A DNA stretch of 55,329 nucleotides from Ferroacidibacillus organovorans. GTDB lineage: Bacteria; Bacillota; Bacilli; Alicyclobacillales; SLC66. A program made the translations under genes and the position numbers. The notes below the pieces were generated by a model. The model searched no databases, was not told where the DNA came from, and worked only from the letters and a program-made list of their open reading frames with translations. The DNA is taken from the NCBI RefSeq assembly GCF_001642725.1, contig NZ_LSUQ01000013.1, positions 1-55,329 on the forward strand. The letters run 5' to 3'. This document shows positions 18,534-28,023 of the stretch, one piece after another; within the stretch, counting starts at the first letter, position 1, and each line of letters begins with the position of its first letter.

Positions 18534-19508
18534 ATGAATCCACGCCCGTTTGTGCTCGGGGCGGTCACGAGTCTCTTGCTGGCCGGAGGAACGGCGTATG
18601 CAAGCGCTACGTTTCGGCACATTGAAGCGTCTTATGCGAACATCTCGATCCAGGTCAACGGCAAACCGGTGCCGACGAGTGCGGAACCGTTTATCTATAA
18701 CAAGAATGTGTACGTTCCAATCAGCACGGTGGGGCATGCGCTCGGCGCGAACGTCCAGTGGATCAACAACCCGGCGACGGTGAAGGTGACGCCTTCAAGC
18801 ACGGTGCACCCTGTCTCGGTCTATTACAATGGACAAGCGCTCCCGTCGGGGATTACGGATGGGTCGACGTTCCTCGATGTGCCTGCGTCCTCGACGGCGT
18901 ACACTTCGGTGACGGGGCTTTTGCCGACGATTGACAGCGCGGGCAATGTGGATATCAAGCAATCGACGCCTCCCGCGTTTCCAACAGGGTCGACGCCGCT
19001 TGTCTTATCGATGCAGCCGACGCATTTGTATGGGGACTTTGCGAATACGAACCTGTACCCGAAGGGGCAACTGTCTGGCTATTGGAACGCGACGGTGCTA
19101 GGACAAGTGTACCCAGGGATCTACACGATGGAGTGGGGCGTCGTTCCGGGGACAGCTGCGCAGGTTCCGGGCGTCGATTATGCGCTCAACGGAAAGTACA
19201 CGACGTTTAGCGGCACGCTTGCGATTGATGACCTTTCAAAAAATTACGGCGGCGCGGTGCAGTTGGTGTTTTTGGGAGACGGCAAAACGATCGGGCAAAC
19301 GGGCTGGGCCCACGGTGGGACGGAGCCAATCTCGTTCTCGGTGCCCGTCGCGGGCGTCCAGACGCTTGAGATTCAGTATGAGGTCAAAGGGCCAAATGGC
19401 AACATCCATTTGATGGGTTCGACCTATACGCCGCCTGCGATCAATCCAGACGGCTCGAAGACGGATCCAATTCTCGTTGTCGATTTGATGAACGCGGCAT
19501 TGCAATAA
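18534..19508 (+). CDS. Paralog of preceding secreted stalk/NPCBM-like protein
   Basis: Shares YANI..TSAxPFIYNKNVYVPIST and QVPGVxYAxNG with the upstream gene; YTTFSGTLAIDD...FLGDGK. Confidence 0.6.
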   Translation: MNPRPFVLGAVTSLLLAGGTAYASATFRHIEASYANISIQVNGKPVPTSAEPFIYNKNVYVPISTVGHALGANVQWINNPATVKVTPSSTVHPVSVYYNGQALPSGITDGSTFLDVPASSTAYTSVTGLLPTIDSAGNVDIKQSTPPAFPTGSTPLVLSMQPTHLYGDFANTNLYPKGQLSGYWNATVLGQVYPGIYTMEWGVVPGTAAQVPGVDYALNGKYTTFSGTLAIDDLSKNYGGAVQLVFLGDGKTIGQTGWAHGGTEPISFSVPVAGVQTLEIQYEVKGPNGNIHLMGSTYTPPAINPDGSKTDPILVVDLMNAALQ

Positions 19509-19597
19509 ATTGTTAGGCGGCCTTCCCTCGCTTCCCGCGGGTTCTCTGCAGGTGTACAATAGAGAAATCCATAGGTTGCGAGAGAGGGGAATGGCAC

Positions 19598-20596
19598 TTG
19601 GCGCTCGTCGATCGGTTTGAACGGGTTCACGATTATCTGCGTATTTCGGTCACGGATCGGTGCAATCTCCGATGTGTCTATTGCATGCCGGCGGAAGGCA
19701 TGCAGTTTTTGGATGAGTCGGAGGTCATGACGGATGATGAGATTGTCGGTATCGTGAAAGCTGGCGCAGAGCTTGGCATTCGCAAGCTGCGCATCACGGG
19801 CGGTGAGCCGACGGTTCGCAAGAATTTGGTGGAGCTGGTCGAGCGGCTGGCGGCGATTCCGGGGATTGAAGATATCGCGCTGACGACGAATGGCATGACA
19901 CTGCGGGAACAGGCGCACGCGCTCAAGCGCGCGGGGATCTCGCGGCTCAACTTGAGTCTTGACTCGATGAAACCGGAAGCGTTTCAGGCGATCACGCGGC
20001 ACGGGGATTATGTGCGCGTGTGGCGGGGGCTTGAGGCGGCGATCGAGGCGGGGTTCTCGCCGATTAAGTTGAACGTGGTGCTGGTCAAAGGATTTAATGA
20101 GACGGAGATCGTCGAGTTTATCCGCCTGACAAAAGAGTGGCCGCTGATCGTGCGGTTTATCGAGTATATGCCGATCGGACAGGACGCAGAGCAGTGGCGC
20201 GCGCGCTATGTTCCGCTGACGCAGGTGTTCGAGGAAGCAAAAGCGGCGGGGCTCACGCTTGAGTCGGGGGATCAAGTGCGCGGCAACGGGCCTGCGGAGT
20301 ATTTTCGCGTGCCGGGATTTGCGGGGCAGATCGGCCTTATCCACCCGGTGAGCGATCACTTTTGCGCGACGTGCAATCGCCTGCGTCTTACGGCGGATGG
20401 GAAGCTGAAACCGTGTCTCTATTGGGAAGACGAGGTGTCGGTGCGGGACTGCGCGCACGATCCGGAGAAGCTCAAGGAGCTTTTTTATCGGGCGCTGAAG
20501 CTGAAGCCGGAGAAACACGAGATGGCGCGCGCGGGGGAATTGCTTGAGAATGGGCTCACACCGACGTGGCGCGCGATGTCGCAGATCGGCGGCTGA
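19598..20596 (+). CDS. moaA: GTP 3',8-cyclase (molybdenum cofactor biosynthesis)
   Basis: YLRISVTDRCNLRCVYC, TGGEP, FCATCNRLRLTADG..KPCL, C-terminal MSQIGG. Confidence 0.95.
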   Translation: MALVDRFERVHDYLRISVTDRCNLRCVYCMPAEGMQFLDESEVMTDDEIVGIVKAGAELGIRKLRITGGEPTVRKNLVELVERLAAIPGIEDIALTTNGMTLREQAHALKRAGISRLNLSLDSMKPEAFQAITRHGDYVRVWRGLEAAIEAGFSPIKLNVVLVKGFNETEIVEFIRLTKEWPLIVRFIEYMPIGQDAEQWRARYVPLTQVFEEAKAAGLTLESGDQVRGNGPAEYFRVPGFAGQIGLIHPVSDHFCATCNRLRLTADGKLKPCLYWEDEVSVRDCAHDPEKLKELFYRALKLKPEKHEMARAGELLENGLTPTWRAMSQIGG

Positions 20597-20671
20597 CGTG
20601 TGGCGAGGCTTGTGGCGTCGTGAAGGTCGACGGGCGTGTGGCGAGTGTGGTCTGCTCGCGCCGGGTGACTG

Positions 20672-20731
20672 AAACCGATTTGTTCCCTGCTGTTTCTATG
20701 CGGCAGGGAATGAATCGGTTTTTTATTTTTT
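20672..20731 (+). terminator. Long hairpin terminator between convergent genes
   Basis: AAACCGATTTGTTCCCTGC...GCAGGGAATGAATCGGTTT followed by T-tract. Confidence 0.65.
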
Positions 20732-21199
20732 GTTGAATAGTCCGTCAAGGAAATGGATCATGGTCCTGCTTGTCCTTTTATTCGAAAATAAAGATATATT
20801 ATAGATGATCCCGGTTTTAACGTTTTCCATGGAATGACCAGGGAGATTGACGATCATGAGTTGATCTTCGGATGTATTCTGATAGCGAAGGCTTATATAA
20901 TAATCAATTGGCGGGAGTGGAAGCCCGCTATAAATTGCACCCCTCGGGATGACCCCATACTCTTTGTTGAGGAGATCCATTAACGTTTTAATTTGCTTTG
21001 ATTGGTGGATATTAAAGAGGCGTGACTGTACATTCGTGGATGCGTACACGCGGGTTACAATAACCAATTGCGGGTTGGGCGAGAGCGATTGAGAGGCGTA
21101 TCCTGGGGATTGTAAACCATGAATGACAATGCCTGCCGTGATCAGTAGGGCGACAGCAATACCTACAATATACACTTTTCCCTTTGCGTTGATGATCAT
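20723..21199 (-). CDS. Hypothetical membrane-anchored protein
   Basis: Likely ATG 21199 after GAGG; N-terminal hydrophobic helix VYIVGIAVALLITAGIVI; AT-rich. Confidence 0.55.
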   Translation of the reverse strand: MIINAKGKVYIVGIAVALLITAGIVIHGLQSPGYASQSLSPNPQLVIVTRVYASTNVQSRLFNIHQSKQIKTLMDLLNKEYGVIPRGAIYSGLPLPPIDYYISLRYQNTSEDQLMIVNLPGHSMENVKTGIIYNISLFSNKRTSRTMIHFLDGLFNKK

Positions 21200-21242
21200 G
21201 TACGCACCCGCCTCAGATCGCAGAATATAAAGATTGCGGAAA

Positions 21243-21541
21243 TCAAGATGCGTCAATAGGTGGCCACTTCCGAGATGAATGGAGGACACGAAGAATCTCA
21301 ACCCGATCCTGCAGGACTCGATAATGGAGAACAAATGAAGTCTCAATTATCACGAGTTCCCTCGTTCCGCTGCTTTAACACCTTGTACAATGGCATGAAT
21401 CTGCCGGTCCTGCGTCTCTAAATAGTCTTGAATGCTTGGCTAGCCAGATCGGCCTGGGTGCGGTCAGTGGCTTTTGAAAAGACTTCCAAACGATCCTTGA
21501 CTTTGGAAGGGATACGGACCAGTCAGTGTCACTGTTTTCAT
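21243..21541 (-). pseudogene. Decayed RHH antitoxin / RelE-ParE toxin module with frameshifts and internal deletion
   Basis: After GGAGG-ATG, stitching frames gives MKTVTLT/VRIPSKVKDRLEVFSKATDRTQADLASQ/IQDYLETQDRQIHAIVQGVKAAERG (RHH antitoxin), running directly into GTRELVIIETSFVLHYRVLQDRVEILRVLHSSRKWP (ParE C-terminus). Confidence 0.75.
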
Positions 21542-21732
21542 GGGGTCAACCTCCGTTGTGTACATGCGAATAGTATAATACACAGAAGAAAACAAGTGAT
21601 CACTCCCCTTAATTACTTAAATGCGGTATGGGTATCTCGGTCAAATCCATCAAACACGAGGCATGTCATGCCCTTGTCGGGTGCCTGAAATCGATTCGTT
21701 TGATAAATCCTTTAAAAATGCTTGAAAAAGGC

Positions 21733-21761
21733 TTGTCACACCGTGTCGTATCTTGTAGAAT
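21733..21761 (+). promoter_or_regulatory. SigA-type promoter
   Basis: TTGTCA-17nt-TAGAAT. Confidence 0.55.
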
Positions 21762-21767
21762 CAAGAG

Positions 21768-22015
21768 CATGGAGAATAAGCAATTGGGTAGAGTTTCTGC
21801 GCGTAGGGCGTAGTTTTCTAGTCCCCCCTAGAACGCATGTCCCCATGGCGTTCTACGCGCAACTTTATAGCAATTTTTATGGATTCATTCTTATATCTTC
21901 GCGGCATGACTGCGCGGTGTGCGGATTGCCTGTTTCGTCAGGATGACCTTGACTGCACCCACGAGTATGATCTTCGGCGTGACCTTACCACCCTTCGCGG
22001 GTGGTTTTTCTTTTT
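21768..22015 (+). ncRNA. Candidate structured small RNA or attenuator leader
   Basis: Bounded by promoter and terminator; long hairpin with C-rich loops; no convincing ORF. Confidence 0.4.
21987..22015 (+). terminator. Rho-independent terminator
   Basis: ACCACCC-TTCGC-GGGTGGT followed by TTTTCTTTTT. Confidence 0.7.
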
Positions 22016-22066
22016 CTCAGCGATGTTTGGACATCCTAAGAAAAAGTGACGAGGGGGCATCTGCTC

Positions 22067-23200
22067 GTGAAGCGTTTTTTTCGATCAGGTCTTATGGCGT
22101 TTGGCGTAACTGGCGCGACGCTTTTGCTGGGGTACGCATGGATGGCGCGCCAGCCAGCGCCGATCCGCATGGTGCCGGCGCAGACGTCGGCCGTGGCGGC
22201 CGCGCAAACAAACGGGGAAGCACCGCGCACGGGAGTCGCGCAGCCAGCGCAAGGGGCAGCGGGATCGTCTGGCGCGCCAGGTGTTGTGGGCATGCCAAGC
22301 GACGCGCAGGGCGCACCTGATACGCCTGCCGCACAGACGCGAGCGGGGACGGCGCAGACACGAACGCAGACGGGGACGGGTGCTTCTCCTGCGCAAACGG
22401 ATGAATCGAGTTCAGCGCTATTGCAGTCGCTGTTTCACGCATCGCCGCGGCAGGCGGCTCCGCTGTGGCTGATTGTCGGGACGGATTCGCGGGCGGGTGA
22501 GTCTGCCCGCTCGGACACAATGCTTTTGGCCAAGAGCAATGCGGCAGGGACGCGCGTGCTGCTTATCTCGGTGCCGCGCGACATGCGTGTCGCGATCCGC
22601 GGCTATGGTATGACAAAGGTCAATCACGCGCTTGCGTACGGCAATCTTCCTCTTCTCAGAAAAACGCTTGATGAGACGTTTGGCTTCCATATTGATCACG
22701 CGCTGTCCGTGGATTTTGACGCGTTCAAGGAATTGGTCGACGCGCTTGGCGGCGTGCCGATGACGGTGGAGCGCGCGATGGATTATGACGACGCGAGCGA
22801 CGGAACGCACATTCACTTGCGGCCGGGGCGGCAAATCCTCGATGGGAAAAAGGCGCTTGACTATGTGCGCTTCCGGCATGACGCGCTTGCGGATACGGGT
22901 CGTATGGAGCGCCAGCAAAAGCTGCTGCGGGCGATTGTGACGACGAATGTGCCGCCAGACCATTGGTTTGCGGTGGCGAAGACGGCGGTGACGATGCCGA
23001 CGCACTTGCACACGGACGCGAGTGTGTGGGAGGCGGTGACCGCGCTCATGCATGTGATGCTGAGTCCGCACCACACGGTCGTCACGGAGATGATGCGCGG
23101 GCGAAATGCCGTAGACCCGATAGACGGCTTGTGGTATTTTTACGTAGATCCACGCGAATTGTACAAGGTGCGCGCTGAGATCGACCACTTTGGAAAATGA
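22067..23200 (+). CDS. LCP (LytR-CpsA-Psr) family cell-wall glycopolymer transferase
   Basis: N-terminal TM, GTDSR, RSDTMLL, SVPRD, ALDYVRFRH, DTGRMERQ. Confidence 0.9.
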   Translation: MKRFFRSGLMAFGVTGATLLLGYAWMARQPAPIRMVPAQTSAVAAAQTNGEAPRTGVAQPAQGAAGSSGAPGVVGMPSDAQGAPDTPAAQTRAGTAQTRTQTGTGASPAQTDESSSALLQSLFHASPRQAAPLWLIVGTDSRAGESARSDTMLLAKSNAAGTRVLLISVPRDMRVAIRGYGMTKVNHALAYGNLPLLRKTLDETFGFHIDHALSVDFDAFKELVDALGGVPMTVERAMDYDDASDGTHIHLRPGRQILDGKKALDYVRFRHDALADTGRMERQQKLLRAIVTTNVPPDHWFAVAKTAVTMPTHLHTDASVWEAVTALMHVMLSPHHTVVTEMMRGRNAVDPIDGLWYFYVDPRELYKVRAEIDHFGK

Positions 23201-23213
23201 TGAGGGTCGCTAC

Positions 23214-23960
23214 GTGAAACAGCCAGACGAGACGGTGCTATGTATCTTAAATGTTCCATTTACAACCTATACAGAGAATGAAGTGATCGCGCGCTGTACA
23301 GACTATGCCATGGATCAAAAACCGCATGTGGTCATCACGGCAGGTCCTGAGTTTGTGATGCACGCGCAGCGCGATCCTACGCTTTTGCCGCTGCTTGAAG
23401 GTGCGGATCTGATCACGCCGGATGGGATCGGCATCGTACTCGCTGCGCGCTTTCACGGCCATTCTGACCTGGAGCGTGTGACGGGGGTCGCGCTTGCGGA
23501 AAAGCTGCTCGCGCAAAGTGCCGCGCGCAACTTTCGTGTTTTTCTTCTCGGCGCGTCGCCGGAGTCAAACGAAAAAGCGCTGAATGCTGTCAGAGCGTTG
23601 TACCCGGAACTTGTCGTGAGCGGGCGCAACGGCTACTTTGACGCGACGGAATTGCCTTCAATTTTAGAACAGATTCGAAATTTTGAGCCACACATTCTGC
23701 TCGTAGGACTTGGACAACCACGGCAGGAACGCTTCATTTGGGAGCATCGCGACGCGCTGTCCGTTCCACTGATGATCGGGGTGGGTGGAACCATTGACAT
23801 TCTAGCGGGCACGGTCAAACGTGCGCCGGCGCTGTTTCAGCGGATGCATCTGGAGTGGCTTTATCGGCTCCTCACGGACCCGAAACGGTGGCGTCGACAG
23901 TTGGCGCTGCCCCAGTTTGCGTATCTGGCGTACCAAGAACGGCTGCGTAAGGGGTCTTGA
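23214..23960 (+). CDS. tagA: WecB/TagA/CpsF family glycosyltransferase
   Basis: PDGIGIV, RVTG, GLGQPRQE, GVGGTID, RAP, LEWLYRL. Confidence 0.85.
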   Translation: MKQPDETVLCILNVPFTTYTENEVIARCTDYAMDQKPHVVITAGPEFVMHAQRDPTLLPLLEGADLITPDGIGIVLAARFHGHSDLERVTGVALAEKLLAQSAARNFRVFLLGASPESNEKALNAVRALYPELVVSGRNGYFDATELPSILEQIRNFEPHILLVGLGQPRQERFIWEHRDALSVPLMIGVGGTIDILAGTVKRAPALFQRMHLEWLYRLLTDPKRWRRQLALPQFAYLAYQERLRKGS

Positions 23961-23967
23961 GATACGA

Positions 23968-24954
23968 TTGAGTGAGTTTTTTTTACGATGCACACGCTTT
24001 GTCGTGACACTATCGCTGCTTTGCTCTACGCTGCTTATTCGCATACCGAACGCATTTGCCGCAAATGACTCGTCCAGGGGACAAACTGCGCTTTCACATT
24101 TGGGTAAAGCGCGATCGGGACTGTCAGGCGGCGCGCTTGACGTTTCAATGAAAGCGCAACCCTTTTCTCTGCTGCTCGTCGGCATTGATCGCGACCCGGA
24201 GAGTCCGCTTGCGTGGCGCCATCAGGAAATGCAGGCTGACGCGCTCGTCTTGCTCACGGCGCGTCCGGAGACGGGTGTTGTCGATGCGTTACATATTCCT
24301 CGCGATACGCGTGTCGTTGACGCGCGCGGGAGGTACCAAAAGATCAACAGTTTGCTCCTCTCGTCAGGTTCTGGGGGACTCAAGCGCGCGGTGGAACACT
24401 TGACGCATCAGCCGATAAGCGCCATGATGTCGCTTGATTTTGCCTCATTTCGCAGAGTGATGGCGCACCTCGGGCCCTTGCCGTTTCATGTGGATCGGAC
24501 GGTGGATTCGCCGGAGGGCGTACACGTGCGCAAAGGGTGGCAGCGTCTGTCGCCACAGGCGGCGCTCGCAGTCGTCCGCTTTCGCCACGAGCCGCTCGGG
24601 GATATTGGACGAATTCATCGGCAGTCGCGGTTTTTGCGCGCGTTGATTTGGCATGTGGGAGGGCTTCCTTATCCGGTGTTTGCGGCGTGTATCAAACTGA
24701 CGACGACGGATCTGACGCCGGGTGCGACGCGTCAATTGTATGACGCCTTACAGGGGCTCCGCGCATATCACGCGCATACCGTACCCGGCAATTTCAGTGT
24801 GGGGAGTCCGAGCTATTGGCTGGTCGATGAGGACGCGATGGCGGTTTGGCGCGATGAGTGCAGTGAAGAAATGGGTGCCGTTCCTGCCCTTTCCCACCCG
24901 CTTGAGCGCGCGGCGCGCGGCGACGCGGATGACGGGCGCGACCGCTCGCTGTAG
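23968..24954 (+). CDS. Second LCP family protein
   Basis: LLVGID, ADALVL, IPRDT, KIN, VRFRH..GDIGRIHRQ; start uncertain. Confidence 0.8.
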   Translation: MSEFFLRCTRFVVTLSLLCSTLLIRIPNAFAANDSSRGQTALSHLGKARSGLSGGALDVSMKAQPFSLLLVGIDRDPESPLAWRHQEMQADALVLLTARPETGVVDALHIPRDTRVVDARGRYQKINSLLLSSGSGGLKRAVEHLTHQPISAMMSLDFASFRRVMAHLGPLPFHVDRTVDSPEGVHVRKGWQRLSPQAALAVVRFRHEPLGDIGRIHRQSRFLRALIWHVGGLPYPVFAACIKLTTTDLTPGATRQLYDALQGLRAYHAHTVPGNFSVGSPSYWLVDEDAMAVWRDECSEEMGAVPALSHPLERAARGDADDGRDRSL

Positions 24955-25071
24955 GTGGGATTTGCCCCAAGATGTGACGTCCTAAATTGCGTGATTGGAG
25001 CCACACTAGACCTGTACACCGAATGCAATGCGTCGCAATCAAGTGTCGCGACGCGTGAGGAGGTCACACGG

Positions 25072-25296
25072 ATGGCGAGTGGATTCACGCAAGTGGTAAA
25101 GGGCGCGCATAAGGCGCTCGATGATCTGAAGTACGAAATCGCGGGCGAATTGGGTCTCCCCGTCCATCAGGGCAGTGAGGATTATTGGGGGAACGTGATG
25201 ACGCGTGATGCGGGAACGGTGGGGGGTCATATGACGCGCAAGCTTGTGGCGTTTGGCCAACTGGCGTTAAAGGGGAGTCAGCCGGAAGGGAAGTAA
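25072..25296 (+). CDS. Alpha/beta-type small acid-soluble spore protein
   Basis: ALDDLKYEIAGELG and G.VGGHMTRKLV; RBS GAGGAGG. Confidence 0.9.
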   Translation: MASGFTQVVKGAHKALDDLKYEIAGELGLPVHQGSEDYWGNVMTRDAGTVGGHMTRKLVAFGQLALKGSQPEGK

Positions 25297-25468
25297 TGTT
25301 CGAGGGTACGGCTGGGTGGCTGCGTGAGCGGCCGCCTTTTTCAAGTTAGGAGCGTGTGTGTTTGACTCCGAACCAGGAGTGACCGTGAACCCGAACCGGG
25401 CCTTCTTCATATCGTGAGGGAAGGCAATGGCCTAAAACACAGGGCTTGGGAAAGGGTGCGCGTGGAAA

Positions 25469-26299
25469 ATGTCTGTTTTTCCGTCGATTCGCTTGGGGTC
25501 CACAGGTCACTACGTCCGTCTTTTGCAGGCCGATCTAAACGGTTTGGCGCTCAATTATAACGGATTTGCGCTGGATGGACATTTTGATCAAAAGACGAGT
25601 GACGCGGTCAAGAATTTTCAGGATCGATTTTCTTTGAATCGCGACGGCATCGTCCGAAACAGCACATGGAAAGTTCTCGTGGATAATGTGTTGGCGGTGC
25701 AGCGACTGTTAAAGCAAAATGGGTACCACGCGGGTTACGCGGACGGCTGGTTTGGCGCGACGACGACGGCGGCAGTCATCGCGTTTCAAAAAGCGCACGG
25801 TCTCTATCCTTCGGGGATTGTTGACCCGAGAACGAGACAAGCCCTGTTTCATCCACACGACAAGGATCACTACCAAAATCGGCCGACCTCTGCCTCGCTT
25901 GACTCGCTCAATCCGCACGTGGCGGCGATGGCTAGACGCTTTCTTGAGTTGACACGGGCGAACCACATGGATGTGCGGATCTACACGGCGTTTCGCAGTT
26001 GGGATGATGAAGATCGCCTGTTTGCACAAGGGCGATGGACGCCGGGGCCGATTGTCACAAATGCGCGCGGAGGAGACTCTTACCATAATTGGGGATTGGC
26101 GTTTGACGCGGCGCCGTTTGAAAACGGCGCGATGACGACGGATGTCTCAAAGTTTAGGCTGATGGGTCAGCTTGGCAAGCAGGTGGGATTGCAGTGGGGC
26201 GGCGATTTTAAGAGCATCGTGGATTATCCTCATTTCCAACACACCTTTGGGCTAAATACATGGGATCTTTTGGATGGCGTCCGACCGCCTGGGGAATAG
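25469..26299 (+). CDS. Peptidoglycan-binding domains plus M15 family L-Ala-D-Glu peptidase
   Basis: Two PG_binding_1-like repeats (DGHF..T..AVKNFQ; DGWFG..T..AVIAFQ); SYHNWGLAFD and DYPHFQ zinc motifs. Confidence 0.85.
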   Translation: MSVFPSIRLGSTGHYVRLLQADLNGLALNYNGFALDGHFDQKTSDAVKNFQDRFSLNRDGIVRNSTWKVLVDNVLAVQRLLKQNGYHAGYADGWFGATTTAAVIAFQKAHGLYPSGIVDPRTRQALFHPHDKDHYQNRPTSASLDSLNPHVAAMARRFLELTRANHMDVRIYTAFRSWDDEDRLFAQGRWTPGPIVTNARGGDSYHNWGLAFDAAPFENGAMTTDVSKFRLMGQLGKQVGLQWGGDFKSIVDYPHFQHTFGLNTWDLLDGVRPPGE

Positions 26300-26425
26300 G
26301 AGCAAACGGGGTATATCGGCGTGGATGCAGCGTCGTCCGGATGGCGCGGGCGGATGCTGCATCGTCATCGCGTTCCACACGGCCCGCAAACGGGGCTGTA
26401 TTTTGTTCTGGGTAAAATCTGTTCG

Positions 26426-26454
26426 TTGACACAGATTGTCTCGTATAATACAGT
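26426..26454 (+). promoter_or_regulatory. Putative SigA promoter of metK
   Basis: TTGACA-17nt-TACAGT, with an overlapping TATAAT. Confidence 0.45.
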
Positions 26455-26488
26455 TACAGTGTTTGTGCAGAGTCAGGAGGTGTCTTTT

Positions 26489-27682
26489 ATGGCGAAACGC
26501 CGTTTATTTACATCTGAATCCGTAACTGAAGGACATCCCGATAAAATATGCGATCAGATTTCCGATGCGTTGCTTGATGCGTTCTTAAAACAAGATCCAT
26601 ATTCGCGCGTAGCTTGTGAAACTTCTGTGACAACGGGACTCGTCTTGGTGGCGGGTGAGGTGACAACGGAGGGCTACGTGGATATTCCACGCGTTGTTCG
26701 CGAGACGATCCGCAGCCTCGGTTATACGCGCGCCAAGTACGGCTTTGACGCGGATACGTGCGCGGTGATCACGTCGATTGACGAGCAGTCGCCGGATATT
26801 GCGATGGGCGTTAACAAGGCGCTTGAGGCGCGCTCGGGCGAGATGTCTGATGATGACATTGAGGCGATCGGTGCAGGTGATCAGGGGCTGATGTTCGGGT
26901 TTGCGGTCGATGAGACGGAAGAATTGATGCCGTTGCCGATTTCACTGGCTCACAACCTGGCGCGGCGGCTTTCCGAGGTGCGCAAGCAGCGACTGGTGTC
27001 CTACTTGCGCCCGGATGGCAAAACGCAGGTGACGGTGGAGTATGAGGATGACCGTCCAGTTCGCGTCGATACGATTGTCATCTCAACGCAGCACCATCCG
27101 CTGGTGGACAAAGAGACGATTGAGCGGGATCTGAAGCGACTTGTCGTGGAAGAAGTCGTGCCGCGCCATTTGCTTGATGAGAACACGAAGTACTTCATCA
27201 ATCCGACGGGTCGCTTTGTCATCGGCGGACCGCAGGGCGACGCGGGACTCACGGGCCGCAAGATTATCGTTGATACCTATGGCGGCTATGCGCGTCACGG
27301 CGGCGGTGCGTTCTCTGGCAAGGATCCGACGAAGGTTGACCGCTCGGGCGCGTACGCGGCGCGCTATGTCGCGAAAAACATCGTGGCGGCAGGCCTCGCC
27401 CGCAAGTGCGAAGTGCAGATCGCGTATGCGATTGGCGTCGCTCGCCCTGTCTCCATCATGGTAGATACGTTTGGCACGGGTACGCTTGAGGATGAGCAGA
27501 TTGCCGCGCTGGTATCGGAGCACTTTGATCTGCGCCCGGCGGGAATTATTCGCGCGCTCGACTTGCGCCGCCCGATTTATCACCAGACGGCTGCCTACGG
27601 TCACTTTGGCCGCACGGATCTGGATCTACCGTGGGAGCGTACGGATCGCGCTGAAGCTTTGCGGGCGGCAGCGCTGCGCTGA
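26489..27682 (+). CDS. metK: S-adenosylmethionine synthetase
   Basis: [32 protein letters not shown] after AGGAGG. Confidence 0.97.
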   Translation: MAKRRLFTSESVTEGHPDKICDQISDALLDAFLKQDPYSRVACETSVTTGLVLVAGEVTTEGYVDIPRVVRETIRSLGYTRAKYGFDADTCAVITSIDEQSPDIAMGVNKALEARSGEMSDDDIEAIGAGDQGLMFGFAVDETEELMPLPISLAHNLARRLSEVRKQRLVSYLRPDGKTQVTVEYEDDRPVRVDTIVISTQHHPLVDKETIERDLKRLVVEEVVPRHLLDENTKYFINPTGRFVIGGPQGDAGLTGRKIIVDTYGGYARHGGGAFSGKDPTKVDRSGAYAARYVAKNIVAAGLARKCEVQIAYAIGVARPVSIMVDTFGTGTLEDEQIAALVSEHFDLRPAGIIRALDLRRPIYHQTAAYGHFGRTDLDLPWERTDRAEALRAAALR

Positions 27683-27752
27683 GTGGTTGATGCCGCTGCG
27701 TGCATCGCTGAGTGATGGGTGACATCGCATAGTTCTCTACGCATAAGTTTCT

Positions 27753-27841
27753 GGGTACCCCCAAAAATAAACTGGATGGTACGAAACCTAATGGTGAAAA
27801 ACCCTAACCCCTATGGCGCCGCGAAAGCGGCGTTTTTTTTT
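27753..27841 (+). ncRNA. Candidate sporulation small RNA, CsfG-like
   Basis: CATAnnnT-type -10 at 27742; AACTGGATGG..AAACCT..ATGG core and C-rich tract recalled as resembling CsfG; ends in a strong terminator. Confidence 0.4.
27816..27841 (+). terminator. Rho-independent terminator
   Basis: GCGCCGC-GAAA-GCGGCGT followed by T-tract. Confidence 0.85.
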
Positions 27842-28023
27842 GTTTGAAGATGTTTGCTTGAAGATGACTGTCGCGATAAGACTGGGTCAGAGACTGAGAG
27901 GGGAGGTGCACTATCGCCAACTGTCTACCATCATCTGCCTATCGGGACAGATGTGTAACCGCTAATCGCTCCTCAGCATACTGTGAAACCCAAGTGCGAG
28001 AAAGCGATGGGAGGACGTTATGT

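Noticed and set aside
19424..20518. 364-aa antisense ORF over moaA, and similar long shadow ORFs over rml, LCP, recD2 and secA
   Set aside because: Expected antisense open frames in GC-rich coding DNA; no motifs or RBS.
19598..20596. Isolated moaA as a novel radical SAM system
   Set aside because: All MoaA motifs are canonical, and a stand-alone moaA is common in Bacillota.
21200..21346. N-terminal 49 codons of ORF 20723..21346
   Set aside because: Largely overlaps the ParE remnant in another frame; better start at 21199.
21768..22015. 6S RNA, SRP RNA, T-box or glmS ribozyme
   Set aside because: A GCACCCAC motif recalls 6S, but the ends do not form the long closing stem, and signature motifs of the others are absent.
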